Shown here piece after piece: positions 14,471-28,178 of a DNA stretch of 64,000 nucleotides (position 1 is the first letter of the stretch; each line of letters begins with the position of its first letter). The stretch is taken from assembly GCF_009834535.1 (NCBI RefSeq), contig NC_045696.1, forward strand, positions 90,398,001-90,462,000, read 5' to 3'. The position numbers and the translations under genes were made by a program. The notes below the pieces were generated by a model, which saw nothing but the letters and a program-made list of their open reading frames with translations, did not search any database and was not told the DNA's origin. Source of the stretch: Camelus ferus. Taxonomy: Eukaryota.

Positions 14471-16349
14471 TACTCTTAATCAAACATGTTTCTAAGAAGG
14501 CCAATAAGAAAAGAATATAAACTGATTTAACCTGCATTCACTTCAAAAGCCATTAGAAGACGCTGCACAAGAAAGATTTTACTGCCGCTTAAGCAGAGAA
14601 TTGGAAGAACTCAGACACCACTTGGTAGGCAGCTAACAGGTACACTGAAGACAAAAGAACCCATGCTCCTATGGTCAGACCACTGGCATTTTGTGAAAGA
14701 CAAATTAGTTTTGGCAAAACATTCTCTCTCACATTAAAATTAATGTTAACTAGAATTGTGTTGGTTGGTTTTATTGTATATCTCTATCTTGTAGCTTTAA
14801 CGTGACTTTATAGTCTTACAAAATTTGCAAGTCATAAGCGTTTTTAGTTTTATGTTCATACAGTTATTTAAAATAATTTAATTTGCCTGATCCCAGAGAT
14901 CCGTAATAATTCTGTTACTTTCAAAGTAACCCATACATTATTCAAGCTCGAGGATAATGATCCATTAACTAATCATTCATGAAGCTTTAGTAAGCAACTA
15001 AGATTTCAAGGACTCAAGAATAGGAATGAAATTCTCTTAATGCAGTTTATTTATTTAACATCTAAATAGGCAGTTGAAAATTTTTAATATAACTAGTTAT
15101 ATTTTAAAAAGAACCTAAATTAATATATGTACTTTAAGTAAATAAATGCCTGACATCACAACCTATGTTACTAGCCTTGATCTACAGAGACAGTAGTTGT
15201 ATTCATAAAGCTTCAAAAAGGTGACTTTATCTAGGAAGCTCACATGTACTTCTCACAATTCTAACTAGTAATTACACAAGAGATGTTAAGTAGCTATTTG
15301 TGAAACTTAAAAAATTTCATTCTCAGCAAAAATTTCTTTCTGCATAATCAGAATGTTCTCAGCCACTCTTTCCTGGAGCAACATAATTCACATAATTCAC
15401 ACACATACACTCGGTGACAACCTAAGAGGTTGGCTGAAAGATGAATGACTAGCCCTGCCCAAGCAAAAGAGAAAAACCTCCATTTTTTTTGTAAAAGTCT
15501 TAAGAGGAGAAATTAACTCTTTCATCGTCTAGTAACTTGACAACTAATGGCTAATATTAACTAGAAAGGATGGGAAATGCCTTACTGCTTACTATTCTTT
15601 AACACTTTGATCACCCGATCACCCACTGTGGATCAGGTGCCCCTGAGGAAACTCAACTGTCACCCAGATTTGGGTAATGTGGCAATCAACGTGTTAAAAA
15701 TCTGCTTATTCCAAGGACTTTATTTATGAATAAGTTTTAAAAGATATTTGAGAAAACACATTACAAATACATTTTTGTTAACTTAAAAAAAAACCCTACA
15801 ACGTATATATCTACCCAAAGAAACAACAAAAATCCATCTTGAGAAAAATAGCAAAGAATCTTTATTTCCAAGCCAACAAGCTAAAGTGTCAGGTTAGCTA
15901 TATATCTGATGAAAAGAAATCTTAGCTGCCTGATCTACAGCAAATCCAAAAAACAGCCTAGATTATAGTTCCTCTAAAGGTGACAGATACAGGTAATTAA
16001 GAGATCTGTAGAGTAAAAACGTGTTGTGTACTAAAAGTTTGTGCTTGCTGAAGGAGCGTTAAAAACTACTTTTGTTAGAAACTACTTCAATGTAGTGCTT
16101 TAAGTTCAGTTTTTAAATGTTTTAATCCTCAAAGTAAAATTTTCAAAGTGGAAGCATGGTGTTATATCAAAACCTCATCCTTCTAAGATCAGTAAAGGGA
16201 GAGAAGGGTGCAAGTACCTTTTAAAATTTCTCCTGACCTAAGTTACATAATTCTCCAAATTAATGCTATGGTTTGCAGTCTCATATTCTGATTTGGTGGG
16301 GTTGAGTAAGTCTGTTCCTGGACTCTCACATTGGGAAGGGAAAAGAAGG

Positions 16350-17230
16350 AATCGCATGACTCACTACCTGGAGCTCCTTCGCACTTTGCTCTGTGCCTGA
16401 CACTGGGGGTGGTGTATTAAGGAAGTTGTGTTCCAGTCTGCAAGTGAAGCAACCACTCTTTCCACTGAGAGGAAACTAGAAGCCCCAGGGGAGATGCTCC
16501 ATTAAGGCAAAGTCCAGAAAGCCCCTCCCTGCACTTCTGAAAAAGTTAACAGAAGGAAGGATGTAGTCCCTGACCACCTAGCCCAGACTCTCCACCCCCT
16601 TAAAGGAAGAGGCGGCTCTCTGCTCGCAGGAACCGGAGAGTAACTGTAGGCGGTAGCAGGGCGGGGCCACAAGAGCAGCCCTCTCAGGAACCAGCGCCGA
16701 GGCGGCAGCTGTCAGAATCGGAAGGAACGAGGAAGAGAGGGAGGGAAGGAGCTGGCGATCCCGCCCCTGCCACGCCCAGCCCAAAGCAGTAGGGCCACGC
16801 GGGCTGGACCGGGACGCACTTCCCAGCTTGAGCAGCCCCACGAGAGCCCAGCCGCCACTCACCAAGAATGGAAATCCCTCCGACCCACTACCCAGCCTCC
16901 AGGGCGGCCTCGGTGGCGGAGAGCTGCATCAACTACCAGCAGGGGACCCCCCACAAGGTGTTTCTGGTGCAGACAGTCAAACAAGCCAGCCTGGAGGTGA
17001 GTTGGGCAGAGGGCGGTGGGGGCACCTGCTACATTCCCTCCACTCCCTAGGTTCTCAGCGTGGTCCGCTCCCAACCCCGCCCCCTACCCCCGACTCCGAT
17101 GCCTCTTCTGGGTCACACTGCTGACCTTCGGTCGAGACGAGTTAGCATTTCTTGGGGTGGTCTACACTCCAGTCTCGGGACAGCCCCAGGGCTATTTGTT
17201 GTTTTCACGCGGGAAGGCAGAGACGTTGGT
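16350..17230 (+). promoter_or_regulatory. LXN: LXN promoter / CpG-rich island
   Basis: GC- and CpG-rich block around LXN exon 1; GC box GGGCGGGG 16659-16666; AP-1-like TGACTCA 16357-16363. Confidence 0.7.
16868..16996 (+). CDS. LXN: Latexin exon 1 (coding part)
   Basis: [46 protein letters not shown]|gtgagt; 129 nt. Confidence 0.97.
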
Positions 17231-18327
17231 ATAGTTTTTATGGGAACTAATATAAGGAAATGTTCTCAATGAGGGGAGGCATTTTTCCCTTTCCACAAGT
17301 GAAACCTGTAGGAACCATTTTCAAAACGATCTTAAAACTGCTACTGTGTTTCTTATCTACTATTCCAGTCTGGACCAACAAAAGCTCCGGTTGTGCAAAT
17401 GATTCTTCACTACTTAAATTTTAAGACCACTCTTTTATTAGACTCTTTGACCAAAATGAAGAGGGAAACAAAAAAGCAACAGAAACTGACAAAGCAAAAT
17501 CAGAAAAAAGTATTGTGAGCTGAGGCTCGCTTTACCACCAAACACTACTGCCACTGACTGCTGTGAACGATGGGCTCCCTCTGGCTAAAGAGTTAAATTA
17601 AAGGCTCAAGGCCTGGGCAATCACTAAGCTCACTTTCATTTTAATAAAATCTAATAGATTTGAGACCGTCCCTTATTTATGCTACAGAAGTTTAACTGCT
17701 AACAGTCTTGAAGAGCTGAAAGGGAGTAGATACAATTTCAAAACCACACCAGATAACATAACTAGGTATAAACACTCAATTGTATCTTAATTCAAGAGTG
17801 AAATACCTAAACCTTCGTCTTACTGTTATAAAAATTTGTTCAGATAGCATTTTGAAGGTCCACTAATACACAAGTAAAAACAGTACTTAACATCATTTTG
17901 TAGTAATATGCCCCAAATGGAATTCATCTTCATTGAACACCATCTGGAGGATACACAGGGCTTTATGAAAAGTATTTTCAATGGTGTATCTTATTTGTCA
18001 TCTTTAGAATTAAAATTTTCAGAATCTGAAATTTAGGTGTGGAATTTAGGATCACAGATCCAGAGTTTAGAGCCCGCTGATGATTAAAAGTAAATTATAA
18101 TTGATTTTATTCATATATGCTTTTATCCCACCCTTTTATTCTCATCCGAAACAACCCTGCTAGAGGGCCTAAATTAGATGTTATATACATGGTGACGTGC
18201 CTTTTTCAAGGTCTAAAGCTTTAATCACTTACCCTCACCAGTCAGTAACCCCAAACAAATGAGGATAGATTCTTCTAACAATGCAAAGAATTGAGTTATT
18301 AATAACACCACATTTTCTCAATTTTAG

Positions 18328-18390
18328 GATATTCCAGGAAAAGGACATAAGTATTGCCTGAAATTTTCTGTGGAAGAAATTATCCAAAAA
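18328..18390 (+). CDS. LXN: Latexin exon 2
   Basis: ttttag|DIPGKGHKYCLKFSVEEIIQK|gtaagt; 63 nt. Confidence 0.96.
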
Positions 18391-19461
18391 GTAAGTGAAA
18401 TGTCCTTTATTATGAAATAAAATTCGATTCTAAATACTCCAGATCACCTCTGCTGATCAAATCATAGGATTAATTCAGTTTTAAAGAAAAATTGTTATGA
18501 AATCCCTGCCTCAAAAAAAAATGATCACACAGGGTCAGTTTTAACTTTTTGTGTGTTCTGAGATACAGTTAATATTTATATTGAGTTATGTGGAAGAGAC
18601 ATTATATACTTCAAGTAAATTTCCTTTAAAAATGTTATATACTCATATGCTAGTTCAATTTATGCTAATATGAACAAGTAAAGTAACTAACTCTCCAATC
18701 ATCATCACTGTCTTATGTCTGTCTCATTTTGTTTTTCATTTCTTTTAATTAAAGAAAACAGTGCTTTTAGATATTTATGAGTAACAGAATGGCCAACTGA
18801 TACCACCATGTTCAGATAAGAATCTTTCAGTAATAGGGCAGGGAAATGTTAAAAAAATTTTACACCTCTCAAATTATTAATGAGACCAACTTGAAAAGTA
18901 CTGCAACTTGTACCATAACCATCTTGAAATTTTTAAAAGTTTGCCTTTTTTCTAAGTATAATTAAGAAGAGATACAGGCTAACACAAAGAGACTCATTAA
19001 AAGGCATTTGAGCTGCCAGACAGTTTTATAAAACAGAATCAGTGCTACAATCTTTTCATTTTACATCTAGATACAGACTGCAGTACCTGAGTTTGAGAAA
19101 ATTTCTGTTATTTTTAGGAGAAGAGACTAAGAGTAACGGAAAGACAAAAAGTAACCAGAGTCTGGAGTTGGTATATAAGTCAGACTAAAATCTGCCTTGC
19201 AAATAGACATCCCATTAATACTGAAATATTTTCAAAGTTTTAAGGTGTGTTTATAAGATTACGAGAACTTACAAGTTATAAAATAAGTTACATAAGAAAA
19301 TTACTGGGTCAATTAGATACTTCTGGAATAAGCACTCCCAAGTCAAGTCTGAAACAACACCATTAGGGGGACAATGCTTTAAATGTAATATCTCAAAGAA
19401 CAGTAATTAGTAATGGATGGTCATCTACATGTAAAGATCTTTTGAAAAATATTTCAAACAG

Positions 19462-19639
19462 CAAGTTACAGTGAATTGCACAGCTGAAGTACTTTACCCT
19501 CCAATGGGACAAGACTCCGCACCAGAAGTCAACTTCACATTTGAAGGAGAAATTGGAAAGAACCCAGATGAAGAAGACAACACATTTTATCAAAGACTCA
19601 AATCCATGAAGGAACCACTAGTAGCACAAAATATTCCAG
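19462..19639 (+). CDS. LXN: Latexin exon 3
   Basis: 178 nt; [60 protein letters not shown]|gtatgt. Confidence 0.96.
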
Positions 19640-19955
19640 GTATGTAAATATGGAATGGAAAAATAGTTTTTCAACTTTAAGGTCAATATCAATTACCTGT
19701 GTTCAGAATTGTTCGTTGTTAACACTATGCTGGAAATATACTGGCTTTTGCAAAAATACTCAGTACTAATCTAATTCAACAACAACAAAAAAGGCCTTGG
19801 GACTTTTAGATCAATCCATGGCTTAATTAAATTATTTTCTGCACACATTTGAAGAAAACTAAGATATGATTTAGAATTTAGATTTTTTAAAAGGTTAAAT
19901 TAATACTGCATATATAAGATAATTCCATTTACCATATATATGTTTCCCTCACCAG

Positions 19956-20092
19956 ACAGTTTTGGAAATGTACCTCCGGAAATGAAGCCAGTTCACTATT
20001 TAGCCTGGGTTGCCTCTAGTTATATCATATGGCAGAATTCTACTGAAAATACATGGTATAAAATGGCAAAAATTCAAACTGTCAAGCAAGTG
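19956..20092 (+). CDS. LXN: Latexin exon 4
   Basis: 137 nt; (D)[45 protein letters not shown]|gtaagt. Confidence 0.96.
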
Positions 20093-22040
20093 GTAAGTAA
20101 TTTCTATAAACTACACTCTTAACAGGGTTAACATTTACTGAAAGTGTTATAATTCACGACTGGATAGTGCCCTTTCAGTCATTTTTGTATTTAAAATAGT
20201 GAACCTGGTATTTGAAAGAGAGAACAGTTATCAAGGCCAGAGAAGGTGAAGCTGGTTTCAAGAGATTGAAGTCCTGAGTTATAAATAATTTGGCAATGGT
20301 TTTTGTGCATAGCTAATACAGATTATTTCCTATGGCAACCTAAATTTTGTGTTCAAATCACTATAGTCATGCGATACTGAAACTACTTCTGCTTTTTTCC
20401 TCTACTGAAATGGCAGTGCCAGAGCTAGAGATATGGCTGGAATTTTTTGCCCCCCGAATCAGCCAGAACAAAAATATTAGCATCTCAATCTTTGTGAAGC
20501 TTACTTATGTAATTTTCTTTTAAAACCCCGTTAGTCATAATTGACAACCTCTTCTTGTTAACTTTGTGTTTTAAGTCCGATATGACTATTTCAAACTGCT
20601 TCTTTCTAGACCTTAAAGAGATAAAAATAAATTCATTGAGTTTAACCTTATTAAGAGGTTTAAGAGAAAAAAATGTCAACTAGTAGTATTTAATGGAATA
20701 AAGGAAAAAAAGTGCAAAGAAACCACAAGAGTTGCAGTCATCTCCGTAGGAGAAAAGGACTTTCCACTTGATTTGTTTCAGCTTGCTGATAACAAACTGC
20801 AAGACAGCCGGAGCACCTTTACTCCACAGGCTCTTTCAACTACTTACTAGATCCCCTTGGGCACTGGAGGGCAGGTACCCAATTACGGTACTCAGAGCGT
20901 GATGTCAAATACCTACATCACTATTACAACATTTTAAGAGAGCCTTTTTGTAATGCATGGTAATAGGTAGCAACCTTGGTTACAACACTCCTATAGGGAC
21001 ACCGAGGCCTCAGATAATTGAGTAGCTGCTCCAGGTTACAGAAGATATACAATCTTTTTATAGCAAAATATGCACAAGACAGTGTCAGTAGTTTCATGAA
21101 AGAAAAAGCCTAAAAACCTGCACCAAACTGCAGTTTTAAAGTATTAATGAAAATTCCAATAGAAGGGTTTAATAATATATACAGTGCTTCAGGGTATATA
21201 TATTACGTATCTTTACCTATTAAGAGCCAACATATAAGAAACCTTACTGATTTTGACCTTATTCTGAAAGGACATTCTTTGTTGATACAGTCAAAGAAAG
21301 GACTGCTTCCAGATACTGTAAGGAGGGACTAGTATAGTTTCATCCGCTCCTGGGGCCACGTTTGTAATTACTGTTAGCCGAAGGAGCCACAGGAGTTTGT
21401 GTTGCCTCTTGGAGTTCAGAGCTTGTTTCAATACATCAATTACAAGCCTTAAAGAGCCTTGTGTAAGTAACAGCAAATCTCTGATAATCATGGTTTTAAA
21501 CTATGTAGAAGCAATATTTCTGTGTATAAAGTATAAAGACTTTAATATGCCCAAAGCAGTTAGCAGCATAGATCAAAGCTTTTCACAAAATCAAGCATGA
21601 CATTTATTATTTCCACTTTTTAAAAGAGAATTTCTATTATAAAATTGGTTTTCTTTAATGTAAACACTCATTTTATTAGTTTATCCCTTAAATTATGCTT
21701 TTCTGAACAATGGAAACATTAAGGAATCTTAAATGACAAAATTATAGACTGTAATGCTCTTATCTAGCTACCACAACTCAGAAACTAAAAACAGAAATGG
21801 TAAATGACTTTTAGAGTAACAAACGAGAAAATCGTGATTTTAAAATGTGGTTGGAAAGAAATCTTATTTAGAAGAGAATAGTTTTTCTGTCAGGCTAAAT
21901 AAATTACAACATTCAATTTTTATTTTTACTTAAGTGGAAGTATTATCATCACCTATTAAGAAAAGCTGGTTTTTAAAATACAGATATCATTTTTGCCAAT
22001 GATATTAAGTTCTAAATGCCAGGGTTTTTTTTAATTATAG

Positions 22041-22103
22041 CAAAGAAATGATGACTTCATTGAGCTAGACTACACCATCCTACTTCATGACATTGCATCT
22101 CAG
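22041..22103 (+). CDS. LXN: Latexin exon 5
   Basis: ttatag|QRNDDFIELDYTILLHDIASQ|gtagag; 63 nt. Confidence 0.96.
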
Positions 22104-22364
22104 GTAGAGTATCAGTTATCTTTATTTGATGCCACTTTCAAAATTAAGACTTGTTTTGTAGCCACAGTATGCCTTATTAATTTTGACTCTAAATCAGAAT
22201 TCCTGTCAATTCAAACAGGCACCAAGTTGAAGTATACTACAGTTATAGCAATTTAACTTGTTTTATGCTGTCTTTGAGGACTGTTTTGTCTCTAACAAAA
22301 TATAAATCTGTTTTCTTAAATGTTTTCTAAATTTCATTATAGCATCAATTTCCTTTACTTGCAG

Positions 22365-22463
22365 GAGATAATTCCTTGGCAAATGCAAGTTCTGTGGCAT
22401 CCACAATATGGTACTAAAGTAAAACATAACAGCCGTCTGCCAAAAGAAGCACGGTTGGAGTAA
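22365..22463 (+). CDS. LXN: Latexin exon 6 including TAA stop
   Basis: ttgcag|[32 protein letters not shown]; six exons sum to 669 nt = 222 aa. Confidence 0.97.
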   Translation, partial: EIIPWQMQVLWHPQYGTKVKHNSRLPKEARLE

Positions 22464-22618
22464 ATGAAGACCCTACCACCGGATGAAGTGTAAACATGCT
22501 TATTAATGACGTGTGTGCCAGTCTTCATTGACATCTACCTTAAGGGGCCAGATGAATCCCAAAATTGTCACTCTGTATAAATGGCTTAATTATAGTACCA
22601 GAATTATATAGCTTTCAT

Positions 22619-22685
22619 AATAAAGAGTGTCACCATGAAAAGTGTCTTATCAACAGTAACAGTGCTATGTATATCCCATAATAAA
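22619..22685 (+). terminator. LXN: LXN poly(A) signals (AATAAA 22619-22624 and 22680-22685)
   Basis: Two canonical hexamers downstream of the stop; the second is followed by GT-rich atgtttgtgttg. Confidence 0.65.
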
Positions 22686-22730
22686 AAGCTCTTAATTCCA
22701 GCCTTCCAGTATGTTTGTGTTGCATACTTA

Positions 22731-22850
<120 letters not shown>

Positions 22851-23687
22851 TTAAATTGAAACAAACAAAAAACTAGAAGAAAAATCTAAGAATCTTAACT
22901 ACCTTAGAAACATTCATTTAAATATGATAAGCAAATGATAAATCTTAAATCATTTATGTGCCTTGTGAGGATAAATATGTGATACTAAACAATATAAACT
23001 GCTTTTATAGATTTTATATAAATGAATTCTAATTTAGACTGATTAATTTACACTTACTCCAATTAATCTATCCATTAAAACTTCACCTTTGTTCCATCTT
23101 ATTACATATTCACTGGGATAGCTTATGAATATGTTGTCAGAATTTTCTACTATCTCAACTCCAGAGATATAATCACAACCAGAATTTATAATCGTTAAGT
23201 CACATATATTTTGTTTTCATTCATATACACAGAAGAACTTTCCTAGGAAAGTACAAGCCCCACCTACCCATTCATTTATCTACGTTATAACCATCTCCCA
23301 GTACTAACTTAAGAAAATAGGCAAGAAACAGCCTGAAGTGTGGCCCCTGGTGCACCGACCTCCTCAGCCAGTTTCCTCCTGCAGGTTTCTCCCTAAGGCT
23401 GAGACCAGGATATACTTGACCTAACCAACCATGATCTGGGAGATGATGGATGGTCTTATTGCAAATCCCCTGAACCTTGATTCTAGAAGTCTGCAATGTT
23501 TTACAAATAAAAAGATTTATAAATCAAAAGTGATTAATCTGTAACACAAAGTGGAGGATACCACATCTGAATACAAACAAGAGTGAGCTTGAAGAACCAC
23601 TATTAGTTTATAAATTGAGAATTATTAACCTTTACTCTTACAAAACACAAGACATAAATAAAGTGAATTTAACTTCCTTCTTATTAC

Positions 23688-23825
23688 CTGAGCATAGATT
23701 TCCAGATGTAATTCTCCCATTCCAGATACAATTGTCTCTTTGCTTTCAGTGTCAAAGTGGACTTTAAATGTTGGATCTTCTCTTGTAAATCTGCCAATAC
23801 CTTTTGAAAATTTTTCCAGATCATT
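23688..23825 (-). CDS. GFM1: GFM1 exon 12
   Basis: 138 nt; [46 protein letters not shown]|gtaata. Confidence 0.96.
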
Positions 23826-24314
23826 CTTTAAAAAAAGAAAATCATTACACATTTTATTAAGCATGACAAGCGATGAAACTATTGAAACAACTGAATGAAA
23901 TCAAATACATAAGCAGTTAAGAAATAAAAATGGTCCACCACCTAATTCCTAGGCCCTTTTAAATGTGAGCTTGGATACAACACAGCCAAGAAAGCAAAGA
24001 ATAGTAAACTGACAGACTTCTTTTCACACTAAGACACAACATAAAAGTCTAAGACTTAACTCTATGCCCTTTTCTATTATATTGACAAAAACTGTACATT
24101 TGTGAAAACTGCCCATGAAGTGAAGAGGAGAATCTGTGTTACTGTGTTATATTTTAGAAATCCTACACACAATCAAAGGAATCAACATGTTTACCAAGAT
24201 TCCACGGTAGATTCAAGAAGACAGTAAAGACCAACACCAAGCAAATGCTCGCTGAAACTTCTCCCTTTCAAACAACCTGCCTGGATGTGGTCTGATGCAC
24301 CTTTATTCTCCTTA

Positions 24315-24918
24315 CGTGGTAAGCAGAATAATGGCCTTCTAAGGACAGCCCCTAATCCCCCCAAACCTGTGACTGTTACCTTACACGGTAAAGGGGCTCT
24401 GCGGCTGTGATTAAGGTTACAGACTATGAGATGGGGAGATTATGAATAATCCGGATGGGCTGAACGTAATCCACATGGGCCTTTAAAAATGGAAGAGGAA
24501 TGCAGAAGGGTAGGTCAGAGATGGGAAGAGGGAAAGAAGAGACAGGAGGTATTTGAAGCATGAAAGGGGCTCATTTCGCAGTTGGTGGCACTGAAGACAG
24601 TAGGAAGGCGGCTACAAGCCTAGGAAGGTGAGCAGTCTCTGGCAGCTGGGAATAGCCCTCAGATGACAGCCAGCAATGAAATGGGGACCCCAGTCCTACA
24701 ACCACAGGGGCTGAATTCTACCCACAACCTGAGTAAGTAAGGAAATAAATTTTTCCCTAGAGTCTCTATCTAGAAGGGAACTTGCCAATATCTTGATGTT
24801 AGCCCATTAAGAACTGTGTCAGATTTCTGACCTACACCACTGTAAAATAATACATTTGTGCCATTTTAAGTCACAAAGTTTGGGCTAATTTCTTACTGCA
24901 CCAATAGAAAACGAACAT
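24315..24918 (+). mobile_element. MaLR solo LTR (MLT1D/E-like)
   Basis: Begins gtggtaagcagaataatggcc, ends aatttcttactgcaccaatagaaaacgaaca; typical MLT1 internal motifs. Confidence 0.85.
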
Positions 24919-25009
24919 GCCCTGAATCACCAGTATTACAGCTATCACGTGTGGCTGAAGATGTTTTTGTTTTGTATATGTTACCTCAAATTCTAACCAC
25001 AAGACTGCA

Positions 25010-25140
25010 AGACAGAACCATCCACATTTACAGGTGAGGAAACTAGGTACAGAGAAGTTAAGTGACTTGCTCAAAGCCACACAGCTAGTGCATGGCAAAG
25101 CGGGTACTGACTCCTGGCTTAGTCTATCTCCAAAGTCTTT
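25010..25140 (-). mobile_element. MIR SINE fragment
   Basis: catttacaggtgaggaaactaggtacagagaagttaagtgacttgctcaaagccacacagctagt. Confidence 0.8.
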
Positions 25141-26377
25141 TCCCTTTTCCCTGTACTAGTCAGGGACTCTCAACTCACTAGGTCATCCCTGCCTCACTAC
25201 TGGGATTCACAGCCTTATACAGAGACTTCATTATTTGATTTGTATTAATTCTCCAGCAAGCAGACACCTCAAGACACCAAAAAAGCCTTCTGAATATTGA
25301 TGCATTTGATATCCCCCCCATTGTTGTGAACTCTCAACAGTTAAATGTCTTACATAAACTCTGAATTTAGGAATAAAGTAACATAATATCTTTAATTTCT
25401 AGCCCTTCATCTTCTGAAGGAAAAAGTGACCAATTTGGCAAAGTACTTGGAACAAACTGTGGCATCTCACTGTGGTAAGATGTAAAGCTTGCTTTCCCTC
25501 GCATTCCTGAGATGGAGTGATTAAATGTTTCTTGCCACCTCAACATTCTCTTTTCTATAATGAGAAGGGTCTGGAAAATCTCAAGTTCCTCAAAATAGAT
25601 GAAGTAGTAGCTGTTAAAGTATCCATAAGACCATAAATCAGAAAACATTCTGTAAACGATGGTTCCCAGATGACAAGAGATCATAAAATGTTTACTCAGT
25701 GCACAAACGAGTTAATTGCAATATACCACATTAACATGAGAGTTATGACTGTCAAGGCAACTTAAGAACTACACAATTATGGTTCACAATCAGGACTAAT
25801 TCCGAAGGCAAGCAATGTGAATGCAGAACCTATTCAAGCAATTTGGCTAAAAAGCTAAATGACATCAAATCCAGTCATAAAACTGTTATATTTGAAAGTG
25901 AGAAAAACGGTCTTGTTTGCAGACCTTCCATGTTATAATCAGACATTTACTTCATAACTACCACAGATGTAGAGATGCATTATAATCCACGAGGCAATTA
26001 ATCTACACAATATTCCAATATACTTTACAGTGAGGTTTTTCTACAACTGAGGACAAATGCCCCAGTTTCCCCCTTTCCATCCCATTACGATCTGAATCTA
26101 GGAAGTTACAACTAACACTCTGGAGCCAATGATACATGTTTACTATAGTGAAGAGTTACAAAGCAGTCTCATGAATATTATAATACCATCAACTTTTTCA
26201 AATATACTGAGGAGTACTTACTAATAGACTGGTAAATTTTAACAGATGATCTGAATACCAAAAGAGGAAATCAAGACCGTAAGACTGCTGGTTATCACAA
26301 GAGAACATATACATTGTGGAGAGAGATGAAAAAGAGCTCAAGTTTTTATTGTGATATGCTGAGCATTAAACTCCTAC

Positions 26378-26434
26378 CTTGTTAGAAGGCTTCATTGCTA
26401 TTGAAATGACAGGATCAGGAACATGAATGGACTC
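26378..26434 (-). CDS. GFM1: GFM1 exon 11
   Basis: 57 nt; ESIHVPDPVISIAMKPSNK|gtagga. Confidence 0.96.
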
Positions 26435-26879
26435 CTGAAATATTTTTAAAAGAACAGAGGATTCAAATACAGTACTGTCTGTGTCAGAGATGGATTAATA
26501 TTAATGTTCTACTTTACAAGAGAACAAAAGACAAACACTAGTCAACATCTTTAGGCTAGACAAAATATATCTTGGTCTGTTTTGCATTAAATAAACAAAT
26601 ATATTAATAAAGACGTCTACTTATATGATCTTCTCCCTCCCAAAATAACAATAGAGTACCTGTTTACTTACTTGTTTAAGACCTTTAAGTTTGTCGACAC
26701 TTTCAGTTTAACATGATCATTATAATGAACCCAAATGCTGAAATACGGAATTCCTATTGGCTAGTGGCTACATTTTCTATAGCTATCGTCTGATAAGTTA
26801 CTTTATTTAATCAAAATATACTACAATCACAGTTAAGAGAAACAGAGAAAGGGACTAGATTCTTTATACACATGATACC

Positions 26880-27050
26880 TCATTTAATCAATCACAACTC
26901 TGAGAGGCAGATATTATTATCCCCATTTTACAAATAAAATCATTAAAGGCTTGGCAAGAAGAAAAAAATGACTTGGCCAAGGGCCAGTAGGTAGCTTAGG
27001 GTAGAAGTGAGACTCTGATCAATATCTATTTGCTTCAAAGCCTGAGTGTT
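26880..27050 (-). mobile_element. MIR SINE fragment
   Basis: cacaactctgagaggcagatattattatccccattttacaaat...acttggccaagg. Confidence 0.65.
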
Positions 27051-28076
27051 TCCCTAAACCTCCAGTCCGTTCATACTGCTGATGGCAAGTTTGGAAAAAG
27101 CCTTATCAATAATACTGATTAAAGAAGTTCCCTTATCTAGGTCTCCTCAAAACATTTATAGATTTAAGATCTCTGTAGTGTCCTAACTCAACATGTAAAA
27201 CCACAGACAGTAGAGAGTATTATATACAAAAAAGCTAAATTACAAAATAAAGAATTCATCACATGATACAGGGCCATTACAGTGCTCATCTGTTAGGGAG
27301 GGACCAGTTCTTACATAAAGGACCCACTGTACACTCCTTCACTGCAAATCACCTATCACCTCTGTACTCATACTCTTCCCTTACTGGATTCAGGAGAGGA
27401 ACCACCCTCATGAACAAACAGTCATAGTGTAGAAGAGCCTGCTCTCCTGTAGGGGCAAAAATGGGGAGTGAGGGAAGGGGACTGAAAGGCAGGAAAAGCA
27501 TGCTGTTTCCTTCAGGCTCTGGGAGTAATGAAGAAGGACCTACGAGTTCCACAAGGCAGGCTGTGCACAGTAAGCTGGACTGTCCAGCTGCATCTCGCAT
27601 TTGGGGCGTGGTTCTGCTCTATCCTGATAACCCCAAGTCTACTGTAAATGTTACAGCCCGCTCCTATGGTTCTCTAGGGGACTGAGGGAAGGGTTCACTC
27701 TCTGGCTGCTGAGTTAATAAGGAAGGAGCACGCAGTTGGGACTAGCCTGATGATGGTGACAGCAATTAGAGAAGTGCCCACAATGGGGAGGCAGATTTCA
27801 GGATACAGGAGTCACAGCTACACGGTCCCAGTGTGTTGAGTGAAGATTTTTCCTCCATCTTAAACCTTGGGGGATCGTGGAATGATTTTACTAAGAAAAA
27901 CCAGGTAAGTTAGCTAATCCAGAGCACTTGTTTAACTGACATTAAAAGAGCCACAACAAATCTACACTGGATGCCTGTGGCACTAAATGAAAACATCTGT
28001 GGTTGTTTTTCTAAAGTACTAAAACACAAACTTTTGAAACTCAAGTGATAAATAACTTTGAAATTCAACGACTTAC

Positions 28077-28178
28077 CATAGAAAGGCCACTACTGTCTTT
28101 GTTTGTGAATGTGTCTCCACTAGCACAGTCAATGCCAAACAATGCACAGATGTCTCCGGCAAACACTTCCTCAACATC
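28077..28178 (-). CDS. GFM1: GFM1 exon 10
   Basis: 102 nt; [34 protein letters not shown]|gtaagt. Confidence 0.96.

Noticed and set aside
21246..21491. Minus-strand 66-aa ORF near a GTAAGG donor, possible extra GFM1 exon
   Set aside because: Poor acceptor, stops in all frames before the donor, no recognisable homology
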